This document shows, piece after piece, positions 45,701 to 56,754 of a stretch of DNA of 64,000 bases. The DNA is from an uncultured Gammaproteobacteria bacterium. Its GTDB lineage: Bacteria > Pseudomonadota > Gammaproteobacteria > CAWCPV01. The notes under the pieces are model-generated. The model was not told the origin of the DNA. It saw only the letters and a list, made by a program, of their open reading frames with translations, and made no database searches. The number at the start of each line of letters is the position of its first letter. Position 1 is the first letter of the stretch. The stretch is taken from the NCBI GenBank assembly GCA_963797555.1, contig CAWCPV010000007.1, positions 256,001 to 320,000 on the forward strand, written 5' to 3'. The translations under genes and the position numbers were made by a program.

Positions 45701-46660
45701 ACGGATAGCGCCGGCGAGGTCCGGTGTGGCGAACATCCACAGCGCACGGCGGTCGAGACTGTCATTGGCGATCTCCCCGGCCCGGTGGCGCTCCGCGTAG
45801 GTGAATAAAAGGCGTTCCTTGGCCTCCAAAGGGAGCGAGCGCGAGTCGCCGTAACGCAGAAGCACCAGCGGCTCGCGCCGGATCATCTCGTCGCGGATAT
45901 CCCGGTGGTCCAGAGCGAGCCAGGCCGCGGTCCCATGGAGCGACGGCACAAGGGTCTCGATGCCGTAGCGATCGGCGAAGATTAGCTCCCACACGGCATC
46001 TCGGGCATCTCGCGGAGAGCCAGGCTGAAGGAGCCGGTTCAGCCACTTCGCGGTCAGGTACTCCTGGGTGGCCCGATGGTGGAAGCGGACTCGCCCGTAA
46101 GTCGAGGGCGCGAACACGCCGCGGCGGATCAGGGCATTGCGCTCGGCGTCCGCCCAATCGTCGAGTACGGAGACGGGATCGAGGGCACCAGCGGCGAGGG
46201 TCGGGTCGGGGTCGTGTCCCGGCGCACGAAGCGTAAACGACTTGGCCAATGTCAGCGCGGCGGCGAGTCGCTCGCCGCCTTGGCGCGCCCGTTCGAGTGA
46301 AAGATCTCGGTTGTCGGGCCGGAACTTGTCCCGCTCGGTGAGCTTGCGGGTAACGCCCTGCTCGGTCATCTCGACCAGCGAGCCGAAGCGGTGCTGGTTC
46401 TTCCAGTACTCGGCGAGGTCGAGAAGGTCGCCGGGGCGCTCTGCCAGGGCGTCGAGCCCGTGCCGCTCGATCCCCTCGACGAATGCGTCCGTGCGTTCGA
46501 CTCCGGCCGCGGCGGCGAGCGCCTGTCGCTGCTCCGTGGTCAGGGGGACGAGTTGCACGACGAGGAGGTCCTCCGGCTTGTGCTCAGGCTCTTTCGCGGC
46601 GACGGCGTTACGGGCTTCGTTCTGGTTCGCGAAGATGGGGCCGAGCAAGGCGTGACTTCG
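42778..46660 (-). pseudogene. 5'-truncated STAND/NACHT-like protein with C-terminal PD-(D/E)xK nuclease (+1 frameshift near 43853)
   Basis: ORFs 43838-46699 and 42778-43707 join by removing one base; post-ATPase motifs VVQLVPL, RPGDLLDL, RFHHRATQEYLTA; C-terminal EDEVQ..HRE..KPDI..VEVK; no Walker A/B seen. Confidence 0.65.
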
Positions 46661-46685
46661 ATCGCGCTGGACCCCGATCACGCCG

Positions 46686-46752
46686 CTCCGACGCATCAAT
46701 GCACCGGACCTGCGCGAAACGCCGCGCAGGCCATTGATTTCAAATGTTAGGT
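46686..46752 (+). other. attC-like site with decayed R''
   Basis: cctgcgcg aaacgc cgcgcagg stem, ending caaatGTTAGGT. Confidence 0.6.
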
Positions 46753-46787
46753 TGCACGCTGGCGTGTTGCTATAGGCCGATGGCGCT

Positions 46788-47465
46788 ATGCAGAAGCTGA
46801 GTGTAAGGGCATGGCCCGCACTCGCGGTGCTCGCCGTTGTGATGGGTCTTCTGCTGTTTGTCCCTGCGGGGACCGTTCACTATTGGCAAGCATGGGTGTA
46901 CTTGTCCATCTTCACTGGCGCATCGGGCGTCACTACGCTCTATCTCATGAGAAAAGACCGGGCTCTTCTTGAGCGTCGGATGCGCGGCGGTCCGACGGCG
47001 GAGAAGCGACCAGCTCAAAAGCTCATCATGCTGGGTATGTCAATCGGCTTCATAGCGCTTCTTGTCGTACCAGCGTTCGACCACCGCTTTGGGTGGTCCC
47101 CCGTACCGCTCGGCGGTGTCGTGGCGGGGGACGCGCTCGTCGCGATCGGGTTTTATCTCATTTTCCTGGTGTATCGAGAAAACACGTTCACGTCGGCGAC
47201 CATCGAGGTTGCTGAGAATCAGAGGATCATTTCGACCGGGCCGTACGCAATCGTTCGGCATCCGATGTACGCGAGTGCGTCCCTGTACCTTCTCGGCACG
47301 CCGCTCGCGCTTGGCTCGTACTGGGGGCTCGTACCGATCGCCGCGATGGCGCCATTTCTGATATGGAGGCTCTTTGACGAGGAGCGCTTCCTGGCCGGGA
47401 ATCTGCCCGGATATACCGAATACCAGGAAAAGGTCCGGCATCGTCTTGTGCCATTCGTGTGGTAG
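46788..47465 (+). CDS. Isoprenylcysteine carboxyl methyltransferase-family membrane protein
   Basis: RENTF, ISTGPYAIVRHPMY, EERFL, LPGY.EY. Confidence 0.88.
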   Translation: MQKLSVRAWPALAVLAVVMGLLLFVPAGTVHYWQAWVYLSIFTGASGVTTLYLMRKDRALLERRMRGGPTAEKRPAQKLIMLGMSIGFIALLVVPAFDHRFGWSPVPLGGVVAGDALVAIGFYLIFLVYRENTFTSATIEVAENQRIISTGPYAIVRHPMYASASLYLLGTPLALGSYWGLVPIAAMAPFLIWRLFDEERFLAGNLPGYTEYQEKVRHRLVPFVW

Positions 47466-47511
47466 TCGAGCAAGCCGGTTGCCCTGAGATATGGAACCTG
47501 TACAGGCGCCT

Positions 47512-47935
47512 CGGGTCAGTACTCGCCCTGTGGCGAGGGTGGTATCGTGCGAGCCATGACGACTTCGCATCGAATTCTTCGCTGCACTGTAGCTTATGAC
47601 TTCTCGCGCTGATCGGCGCGACCTCCATCTTCGAGGACGATGGAGATCGGCAGAGGTTCCTAGGGGCATCACCGGCAGTTCGTTCGTCAGGGCATTGGGA
47701 GGGAGAGCCTCTGGAGCGGGTTGCGACCGCAAGATCTATCTTGGGGATGAGCGGTTTGTCGAGCGCATGCAGGCCAAGGCGCAGGTTCAGGGCGATGAGC
47801 TGAGTATTCCGCGCGCCCAAAGGCGAGCTCCACCCGCCTCGCTGGCGTCCATTGCGGCGAAGTCCCGAGCACACGGGACGAGGCGATGCTCGCAGCTTAC
47901 GCGACGGGTGCCTAACAGCTATCGAGATATCGCCC
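47512..47935 (+). pseudogene. RAYT remnant
   Basis: Leader homologous to 41100-41180; fragments LRIEF, SRADRR, IYLGDERFVERMQ, IPRAQRR. Confidence 0.65.
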
Positions 47936-48063
47936 AGAAGTCGGGAGGCTGCCCGTCAAGGTGGGCCGGCGACCGCCAGACCGGCCTATTCGGTCAGCGG
48001 CGGTGCCGGCCGCTGTGGCAGCCGCAGGCCGCGAATTTCCCGCGGCCCCTGTCGTTCCCGACC

Positions 48064-49182
48064 TTATTGCACCACCCCGCGCTCATGGGCCAGGGCCGTC
48101 TGCGTCTGCTCGGCATTACCCGGAGTACTGAAACGAATGAGTGAAAAAGCGACCCCCGCATGGTCGGGACCTTCACGGCCCGCCGCGTTGGAATCCGAGA
48201 CCTCCGGCATCGCAACACGAACGAATCCGGAAGTGGCGTTACTGGGCCGAGCCAGGGTGGACGGATCGATCACGTTCAACATCTTGCTCAGGTTCAGCTC
48301 GCCGGCCAGGGAATTGCGGTCGCTATCAAAAGTCCTGACCGGGACGTGCAGACGGTCGCACCCGTCAGCGCCGGCCCGACAGTTCTGGTCCAGCCACACC
48401 ACGAGCTGAGTGGAGCCGTTCAGGCTGGGATCGAGGAAGTAGCGCATGTCGAAAAATACGGTATCGTTCGCAGCGCCGTCGTCGTTGTCCAGCCCCATGC
48501 CGGAAGTCAGGGGCGAATAGTTGGTAGGTTGCCCACCGGTATAGACGATTTCCGCGAATCCTTGACGCAGCGGGGGGGTGTTTCCAAGGTTTGCCATCGG
48601 CAGCACCGGGATGTAAGCCGCCGACTCCCAGTTGCCGCGGATGATAGCGGCGTCTCCATAGATGCCGAACGCGGGGTCGAATGCCCCAAAGGTCGCCGAA
48701 TCGTTGCCAAAAACCAGGAAACCGCTCATGCCATCCAGCGCACTCATGCCAGAGCTTTGCACCGCAGAACCCCAATCGAACGGCACGAAGTCGTCGCAGC
48801 CGGTGTTCATCTGGCCCTGGGCCTGGATAATGCCCGTGGCGTTGAAGAACCACCAATCGATGGTGCCGGTTGCTCCCGTGTTATTGGGTGCACCGACCAA
48901 GTCGCAGTCGGTCGCATTCTCCTGCGGCGCCGAAGTGAAGCCGGGTCCGGTATAGTCACCGCCCCCCCTCTCCGTCTGGTTGGGATCATCCCCCAGGGTC
49001 GAGGGGATGGTGAGCCCGACGAGGGTATTGACGTTATTGGCGGAGTCGTACACCACATACGGGACGAGCACGGCCTCACCCGGCTCGGCCTGGCTGATGG
49101 CCTGGGAGGTGCCTGCGTAGCTCAGAGCACAGATGACGCTTGCCATGATCAGGGTTTTTTTGCGGACGCTAGGAATTGTCAT
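48064..49182 (-). CDS. Secreted hypothetical protein
   Basis: Signal peptide ending SQA, GAGGAG RBS; Gly/Asp/Asn-rich with four mature Cys. Confidence 0.75.
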   Translation of the reverse strand: MTIPSVRKKTLIMASVICALSYAGTSQAISQAEPGEAVLVPYVVYDSANNVNTLVGLTIPSTLGDDPNQTERGGGDYTGPGFTSAPQENATDCDLVGAPNNTGATGTIDWWFFNATGIIQAQGQMNTGCDDFVPFDWGSAVQSSGMSALDGMSGFLVFGNDSATFGAFDPAFGIYGDAAIIRGNWESAAYIPVLPMANLGNTPPLRQGFAEIVYTGGQPTNYSPLTSGMGLDNDDGAANDTVFFDMRYFLDPSLNGSTQLVVWLDQNCRAGADGCDRLHVPVRTFDSDRNSLAGELNLSKMLNVIDPSTLARPSNATSGFVRVAMPEVSDSNAAGREGPDHAGVAFSLIRFSTPGNAEQTQTALAHERGVVQ

Positions 49183-49774
49183 TTCACGTACTCCTCAAGA
49201 GATGCCTGTTTGCCATTGAACCACGAGACCACGATGCCCGACAGGCAACCCCAAACACCCGCCTTGCTCACAGGCTAGCCCTTTTTGGTTGCCCGCTTGT
49301 CTGGTTGCCCGAGATCGTGGCCCGACCTGCGGCGCACGACACCGGTCGCTGGCCTTTACGGAGTATAACGATAATTGCGTCTGGCGCCATCCCGGACGCT
49401 GCAAGGGCAGGCTCAAGGCTTTCACACCGAAGCTGGGGGTTCGAACCCAACGAATCAGCCACCCCGCGATACAGGACCTAGCACTGCGATATTCGCGATG
49501 ACTTGCCGCCATTCTGCGGCGCGCAATATCGCGTTCAGAGGGGCATCGCGGTGGCCGGTCGAAGCTGGTCTGGCCGGGCGATTGCCGCGCAACAGCTCGC
49601 AATCTTGCCACGCACAAAACGGTAGCGCGCGTCGATAGTCAGCTTGCTCCGGCCCAACCCGCGCACCCAATGACAGCTCATACAATCGCCTTGGAACAAG
49701 GCGAGACTTCGCCACACCGCAGCGGCAACCGTCCCGGCGGCCTGACGGTGCCACCCGCGGCGTCTGAAGAACTG

Positions 49775-50147
49775 CTAGCCCAGCTCGCTCAGCTCCCGCA
49801 TCAGGGCCGCCTCGTCGCCCAGGTTCAGCTCCAGCAGACGCCGCAGCGTCGTGAAGCTCTCCAGGTCCGTGGTGGTGCGCGCGAAGCCGCCGCGCCGGCC
49901 ATCGAGGTGGGCCAGGCGCGTTTCCATCGTGATGCCGAAGCTGCCATCGCCCAGGCGAATCTGAAGCTGCACCGGGTCGCCTCCCTGGCCCGGCCAATCC
50001 GCCGGCAACTCGACCAGTGCCCCTTTCAGCGAAACATCGAGCAGGGTCCCTTGCCAGATGCCGCGGAACGTCGCGGATCCGCACGTGGGCGTCGAAGGGG
50101 ACGCGGGTGAACCGCCTGCGCTCTTCGGTGTCGTCGCCTTCCGGCAT
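49775..50147 (-). CDS. PilZ-domain protein (+1 frameshift near 50067)
   Basis: ERRRFTR and DVSLKGA c-di-GMP motifs; LRRLLELNLGD C-terminus. Confidence 0.82.
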
Positions 50148-50209
50148 CGGCTTTGTTTCTCGATGACCCACCGGGTCCGTGCTACTGTCGAGGTGCGCGC
50201 GTCAGAGCC

Positions 50210-51568
50210 TCATGCCGCCACCTTGGGCAGGTGGTCCAGCGCCTGGCGGATAGCCGCGTCGGGGTACTCGTAGTCCTCCAGCTCCCCGCTGAAGTACTTG
50301 TCGTAGGCGGCCATGTCGAAGTGGCCGTGCCCGGAGAGGTTGAAGAACAGCGTCTTGGGCTCGCCGCGTCTTCTTGCACCTGAGGGCCTCGTCGATGACG
50401 GCACGGATGGCGTGGCAGGACTCGGGCGCCGCGATGATGCCCTCGGAACGGGCGAAGGTGACGCCCGCCTCGAAAGTGGCCACCTGTGGCACGGCCAGCG
50501 CGTCCACCAAGCCCTCCTTGTGGAGCTGGGACACCAGCGGCGAGTCGCCGTGGTAGCGCAGCCCGCCCGCGTGGATGGCCGGCGGAACGAAGTCGTGGCC
50601 GAGGGTGTACATGAGCATGAGGGGAGTCAGGCCCACGCTGTCCCCGAAGTCGTAGGCATAGTGGCCGCGCGTCAGGGTAGGGCAGGAGGCTGGGCTCCAC
50701 CGCCACGAGCCGCACCTCCTTGCCCGCCGCCTTGTCGGCGAAGAACGGGAACGCCGAGCCCCCGAAGTTCGAGCCGCCGCCGCACGACGCGAACACCATG
50801 TCGGGGTATTCGCCGATCTTCTGGAACTGCTTCTTGGCCTCCAGACCGATGACCGTCTGGTGGAGCAGCACGTGGTTGAGCACCGAGCCCAGGGAATAGT
50901 TCGTGTCCTTCCGGGAGGCCGCCTCTTCGACCGCCTCGGAGATGGCGATTCCCAGGGACCCGGGCGAGTCCGGGTCCTGGGCCAGGATCTGGCGGCCCGC
51001 CGCGCTCAGGTCCGTCGGGCTGGCGAGCACCTCGCGCGCCCCATGCCTGCATCATGGAGCGGCGGTAAGGCTTCTGGTGGTAGCTCACCTTCACCATGTA
51101 GACCCGCACCTCGATCCCGAACATCTGACCAGCCAGGGCGAGCGCCGACCCCCATTGCCCCGCCCCGGTCTCCGTCGCGAGCCGGCGGATGCCCGCCTGC
51201 TTGTTGTAGTATGCCTGGGCAACTGCCGTATTGGGTTTGTGGGAGCCGGCGGGGCTCACCCCCTCGTACTTGTAGAAGATCTTGGCCGGCGTTCCCAGCG
51301 CCTGTTCGAGGCGGTGGGCGCGGTACAGGGGTGACGGGCGCCACAGCCGGTAGATTTCACGCACCGGCTCGGGGATCGGGACCCAGCGCTCGCCCGAGAC
51401 CTCCTGGCCGATGAGCGCCTCCGGAAAGATGGCCAGCAAGGCGTCGGGGCCGATGGGCTTTCCGTCCGGGCCCAGCGGCGGCGCCGGCGGGTTGGGCATG
51501 TCCGCGATGACGTTGTACCAATGAGTGGGAATCTCGGACTCGTCCAAGAGGACCTTGGTTTGCGGCAT
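50210..51568 (-). CDS. TrpB2-like PLP enzyme (three +1 frameshifts)
   Basis: [59 protein letters not shown] spread over four frame segments. Confidence 0.9.
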
Positions 51569-51719
51569 GCGCTGTGTCTCCTCCTCGGTGGGATCGGCGG
51601 GCGGGTGCCGTGCTGGGTAGTTATCCCGACGGTGCGACGGGGATTGTAACCGATGGTCCGGCGTTGGCGAGAACGACCCCCCGCCGTGGGACGCGATTCC
51701 GGGCTCGCGCGCCGGGCGA

Positions 51720-52678
51720 TGGTCTGAAATGTGCGCCGCCAGGAACGCCGGAATGCGTTCCTCCAGCCAGTAGCTCGGACGCCAAGGGGGGCCGGCGACA
51801 AATCCTACATGACCGCCCCGCGCGCTCAACTCCAGGGTGACGTCGCCGGACAGTTCATCGGCCTCGGGCACCGAGTCCGGGGTCATGAACGGGTCGTCCA
51901 GGGCGTGCAGGATGAGGGTCGGTACCCTGATGTCCCTCAGATAGCGCCGGCTGCTCGATCGCGCATAGTAGTCGTCCGCGCCCAGGAAGCCGTGCAGCGG
52001 CGCGGTGACGTGCTCGTCGAATTGCCTGAAGGTCTTCAGAGGCGAGACGTAATCCAGGCCGTCGGGTGCCGGCAAGACGGCGAACTTGCGTGCAGTCTTG
52101 CGCCGCAAACTGCGCAACAACTTCCACTGATACAGGGTGGAGAGCCCACGCTCCAGACGCCACGCCGCGCGCGACAGGTCGAAGGGGACCGATACGGCGA
52201 CCGCGGCTTGGACCGGAGCGTCGGCGCCGCGCTCCCCCAGCCACTTGAGCAATACGTTGCCTCCCAAAGAATAGCCGACCACCGCCAGGCGGCGCACTCT
52301 GCCGCTGCGCCGAAGGCGGCCCACGACGAAGTCCAGGTCGCCGGTCTCTCCGGAATGGTAGCTGCGCGCCAGACGGTTCAGCTCGCCGCCGCAGCCGCGG
52401 AAGTGCATGACCACAGCCTGGTAGCCTTGCGTGCCTAGAGCGCGCACCAATGCGCGCGCGTAAGGGGATCGGCTCGATCCTTCCAGGCCGTGCAGTACCA
52501 GCACCAGATCGGTACCCCCGCCCGGCGTCCAATCCAGGTCCAGAAAGTCTCCGTCAGGCAACTCCCAGCGTTCCCGCTGCAGTGGGACGCCGCGCGGGCG
52601 TCGGGCCACGTTCGCCCAGAGCGTCTGCAGGTGCCCGCCCGGCAGCCACCAGGCCGGCCTGAACACACTGTCCGTCAC
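51720..52678 (-). CDS. YheT-like alpha/beta hydrolase (no stop before trpB2; 3' limit approximate)
   Basis: HLQT, HGLEGS, GYSLGGN, DDPF, GGHVGF. Confidence 0.88.
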
Positions 52679-52711
52679 CGCAAGCGGCCGAGCTCGGGCA
52701 GCGGCTGCGGG

Positions 52712-54649
52712 CTAGGGGGAGGCGCGATGCGTTACGAGCTCCTCCACTACCGCGGGGTCGGCGAGGGTGCTGGTGTCTCCCAGGCTGGCCAGGTCGTTTG
52801 CGGCGATCTTTCTCAGGATGCGGCGCATGATCTTGCCGGAACGGGTCTTGGGAAGACCGGGTGCCCACTGGATCACGTCCGGGGTGGCTATCGGGCCAAT
52901 CTCGCTGCGCACCTGTTGGATCAGCTCCCGGCGCAGCTCTTCGCTGGGCTCCTCTCCGGCCATGAGGGTGACGTAGGCGTAGATGCCTTGACCCTTGATC
53001 TCGTGCGGAAAGCCGACCACGGCGGCTTCAGCCACCTTGTCGTGCAGCACCAAGGCACTCTCGATTTCGGCGGTGCCCAAGCGGTGCCCGGAGACGTTGA
53101 TCACGTCGTCCACGCGCCCCGTGATCCAGTAGTACCCGTCGCCGTCCCGTCGCGCACCGTCTCCTGTGAAGTAGTAGCCGGGATAGATCCTGAAATAGGT
53201 GTCCACGCAGCGCCGGTGGTCACCGTAGATTGTGCGCGTGATTCCGGGCCAGGGGCGAGCGATGACCAGGTTGCCCGAACCCACCCCTTCCATCGGTTGG
53301 CCCGAGGCGTCCATGAGCGCCGGTACGATCCCGAAGAAGGGGCGCGTCGCCGATCCGGGCTTGAGCCGGGTCGCTCCGGGGAGGGGTGTGATGAGGATGC
53401 CGCCGGTCTCCGTCTGCCACCAAGTGTCCACGATGGGGCAGCGGCCTTCTCCCACCACCTGGTGATACCATTCCCAGGCCTCGGGATTGATGGGCTCGCC
53501 TACCGATCCCAGGAGTCTGAGGCTCTGGCGGCTGGTGCGCTTCACGGACGCGTCCCCTTCGCGCATGAGTGCCCGGATAGCCGTGGGAGCGGTGTAGAAG
53601 ATGTTGACCTGATGCTTGTCCACCACATCCCAGAAACGCGACGGCGACGGGTAGGTGGGAATTCCCTCGAACATCAAGCTCGTCGCCCCGTTGCAGAGCG
53701 GCCCGTAGACGATATAGGAGTGCCCGGTGATCCAGCCGACGTCGGCGGTACACCAGTAGATGTCGCCATCGTGGTAGTCGAAAACGTACTTGTGGGTGAT
53801 GGCGGCGAACAGCAGGTAGCCGCCAGTGGTGTGAAGCACGCCCTTGGGTTTCCCGGTGGACCCCGACGTGTAGAGGATGAACAACGGGTCTTCCGCGTCC
53901 ATGGCCTCCGGCTCGCAGACCTCCGATGCCTGCTGCATGGCCTCGTGGTACCAGACGTCACGCGCTTCGTGCCACGGCACCGTGCCACCGGTACGGCGCA
54001 CCACGAGCACCGTGTGTACGTTGGGGCACGACTGCAGGGCCTTGTCGGCGTTCTGCTTCAGGGCGACCGCGCGGCCCCCTCGCAGCCCCTCGTCTGCCGT
54101 GATCAGAACTCGGCAGTCGGAGTCCAGCATGCGGTCCTTCAGAGCCTCGGGGGAGAAGCCGCCGAACACGACCGAGTGGACCGCACCGATGCGCGTACAG
54201 GCGAGCATGGCCACGGCCGCCTCGGGGATCATGGGCATGTAGATACACACACGGTCGCCCTTGCGGACGCCCCGTGCCTTGAGAACGTTGGCGAAGCGGC
54301 AGACCTGCTGGTGCAGCTCCCGGTACGTCAGCCTGCGTTCGACGGCAGGGTCGTCGCTCTCCCAGAGGATGGCGATCTGTTCCGCGCGGCCCGGCAGATG
54401 GCGGTCGAGGCAGTTATGGCTGACGTTGAGTTGACCGCCTTCGAACCAGCGGATGTGGCCCCGGGAGAAGTCCCATTCGAGGACCTTGTGCCAGGGTTTG
54501 GACCACTCCAGAAAGGATGCGGCCTGCTCGGCCCAGAACCCTTCGGGGTCCCGAACCGAGTATGCGTACAGCTCCTGGTAACGGGCTTCGTCGACATGGG
54601 TGTGTGCCGCGATCTCGGGCGGGACCTCGTATACCCTTTCTTGAAGCAT
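52712..54649 (-). CDS. acs: Acetyl-CoA synthetase
   Basis: [31 protein letters not shown]. Confidence 0.97.
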   Translation of the reverse strand: MLQERVYEVPPEIAAHTHVDEARYQELYAYSVRDPEGFWAEQAASFLEWSKPWHKVLEWDFSRGHIRWFEGGQLNVSHNCLDRHLPGRAEQIAILWESDDPAVERRLTYRELHQQVCRFANVLKARGVRKGDRVCIYMPMIPEAAVAMLACTRIGAVHSVVFGGFSPEALKDRMLDSDCRVLITADEGLRGGRAVALKQNADKALQSCPNVHTVLVVRRTGGTVPWHEARDVWYHEAMQQASEVCEPEAMDAEDPLFILYTSGSTGKPKGVLHTTGGYLLFAAITHKYVFDYHDGDIYWCTADVGWITGHSYIVYGPLCNGATSLMFEGIPTYPSPSRFWDVVDKHQVNIFYTAPTAIRALMREGDASVKRTSRQSLRLLGSVGEPINPEAWEWYHQVVGEGRCPIVDTWWQTETGGILITPLPGATRLKPGSATRPFFGIVPALMDASGQPMEGVGSGNLVIARPWPGITRTIYGDHRRCVDTYFRIYPGYYFTGDGARRDGDGYYWITGRVDDVINVSGHRLGTAEIESALVLHDKVAEAAVVGFPHEIKGQGIYAYVTLMAGEEPSEELRRELIQQVRSEIGPIATPDVIQWAPGLPKTRSGKIMRRILRKIAANDLASLGDTSTLADPAVVEELVTHRASP

Positions 54650-54901
54650 GGTGGCTCTCCTTCCTGCGGTCGTTGGCGTGCCGTGGGGAGCGGGGTGATT
54701 TGCCGCGCTCAGGCGCGTAGCCGACGCTTCGCGGCCCGCAATGCGGCTGGGACAGTCGTCACCGGCCCTACGGGCCCCACCGTGGTGAGGGAATCCACCC
54801 GGTCCTGCCTGGCCAGGCGGAAGGGCCGGGCGCTGGACGCGGGGACAGCGGAGCCGGTGCCGTGTCCCGGCGTGTTTGTCCTTTCCCGATCGGCGCTGGC
54901 G

Positions 54902-55333
54902 TTAGCCCTTCTGTCGCTCGCGGATCTCGTCCAGCGTCTTGCACTCGAAACAGAGCATGGCGGTCGGTCGCGCTTCGAGGCGACGCACACCGATCTCGCC
55001 CCCGCAAGATTCGCAGTGGCCGTACTCGCCGCGACTGATCCGTCCTAGGGCCTCGTCGATTTTCTTGATCAGCTTGCGCTCCCGATCGCGGGCGCGCAGC
55101 TCCAGCGTGAATTCGGACTCCTGGCTGGCGCGATCGTTGGGATCCGGGAAGTTTGCCGCGTCATCCCGCATGTGGTGGACCGTCCTATCCACCTCCTGCA
55201 TCAGCTCCTGCTTCCACTCCAGCAGGACGCTGCGAAAGTGTGCGAGGTGACGCTGACTCATGTACTCCTCCCCCGGTTCCTCCGTCCATGCGGCGGTAGG
55301 AGACCCCGGCGGGGTCGACTTGGTCTCCGGCAT
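54902..55333 (-). CDS. dksA: RNA polymerase-binding factor DksA
   Basis: DPNDRA, RDRERKLIKKI, CESCG..CFEC. Confidence 0.95.
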   Translation of the reverse strand: MPETKSTPPGSPTAAWTEEPGEEYMSQRHLAHFRSVLLEWKQELMQEVDRTVHHMRDDAANFPDPNDRASQESEFTLELRARDRERKLIKKIDEALGRISRGEYGHCESCGGEIGVRRLEARPTAMLCFECKTLDEIRERQKG

Positions 55334-55581
55334 GAGCCTGACTCCTAGGGATTGACCATAAAACAGTGTTGTATAGCAGAAAACGCGCCCGCGTTTCAAC
55401 CGCTCCGCCAACGCGGCAACCGCATGCCGGTTGGGACGGTCGCCACGTGCCCCTCGCCGCGCCCCGTCACGTTCGCCTTTTCGTTCCCTGGGGGACAGCC
55501 CGAGTTACAATGAGCCGCGTTCGCTGCCTGCGCGGAGCGGGCGACGTACCGGCCGCCACCATTTCCTGGAGTCCGTCCTGG

Positions 55582-56754
55582 GTGAGCCAGTCTGGAAAGC
55601 CAGCAGAACGCATTCGGTCGATCCAGCCCTTCCTCGCCATGGAGCTGCTGGCCCGGTCCCGCGAGTTGGAAGCGCGCGGGCAGTCCATCGTGCACATGGA
55701 GGTCGGCGAGCCCGATTTCCCCACGGCTGCTCCCATCGTGGAGGCGGGCAAGAGGGCGCTGGAGCAGGGCTACACACACTATAGCCCGGCGCTCGGGCTG
55801 CCCGAGCTGCGGGAGGCGATCGGCGCGTTTTACGCAGAGCGCTACGGCGTTACCGTGCCGGCGGCCCGCGTGGCTATCACCCCCGGCGCCTCCGGGGCAC
55901 TGCTCGCCGTGGTGAGCGTGTTGGTCGACGACGGCGATCAGGTGCTGCTCGCCGACCCCGGTTATCCCTGCAACCGGAATTTCGTGCGACTTCTCGGGGG
56001 AGAGCCGGTCGCTGTGCCCGTCAGCGCGGGGTCGGGGTATCAGCTCACCCGCGACCATGTGGCGCGCCACTCGACCCGCAGGACTCGGGCGGTGCTGCTG
56101 GCTTCTCCGTCCAACCCCACCGGGACCTTATTGCCGAGGACCGAGCTGCAGGCCATCCTGGGCTGGGCGGGAAAACGCGGCGCAGCGGTCATCGTGGACG
56201 AGATATACCACGGGCTGACTTACGGGGGCCGGGCCGAAACGGCCCTGGGTCTGTCCGAGGACGTTTTCGTCATCAACAGCTTTTCCAAGTACTTCGGCAT
56301 GACGGGCTGGCGCATCGGCTGGCTCGTAGCGCCTCAGGCTTACGTGCCGGCGTTGGACAAGCTGATCCAGAACATCTTCCTGGCAGCGTCCACCCCGGCC
56401 CAACACGCGGCGCTTGCGGCGCTGGAGCCGGACACGCTGGCTATTCTGGAGACGCGGCGTGATGAGTTTCGGAGGCGCCGGGACTTTCTGGTACCCGCCC
56501 TGCGTCGCCTCGGGTTTGATGTTCCGGTGATGCCCCAAGGGGCGTTCTACGTGTACGCCGGTTGCGCCGGCCTCACCGACGACAGCCATGCGTTCGCCAT
56601 GGACCTGTTGCAGCGTGCCGGCGTGGCGGTGACGCCCGGTCGCGACTTCGGGGACCACGGGCCCGAGCGGCACCTGCGTTTCGCCTACACCACGTCGATG
56701 GAGCGGCTCGAAGAGGGGGTGCGGCGTCTTGCAGACCACCTGCAGCGGCTGTGA
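55582..56754 (+). CDS. Class I/II PLP-dependent aminotransferase
   Basis: MEVGEPDF, SPSNPTG, DEIYHG, SFSKYFGMTGWRIG. Confidence 0.92.
   Translation: MSQSGKPAERIRSIQPFLAMELLARSRELEARGQSIVHMEVGEPDFPTAAPIVEAGKRALEQGYTHYSPALGLPELREAIGAFYAERYGVTVPAARVAITPGASGALLAVVSVLVDDGDQVLLADPGYPCNRNFVRLLGGEPVAVPVSAGSGYQLTRDHVARHSTRRTRAVLLASPSNPTGTLLPRTELQAILGWAGKRGAAVIVDEIYHGLTYGGRAETALGLSEDVFVINSFSKYFGMTGWRIGWLVAPQAYVPALDKLIQNIFLAASTPAQHAALAALEPDTLAILETRRDEFRRRRDFLVPALRRLGFDVPVMPQGAFYVYAGCAGLTDDSHAFAMDLLQRAGVAVTPGRDFGDHGPERHLRFAYTTSMERLEEGVRRLADHLQRL

Noticed and set aside
49400-49462. tRNA-Glu-like spacing (ctttcac-N14-ttcgaac...cca)
   Set aside because: Anticodon, T and acceptor stems do not pair; probably chance
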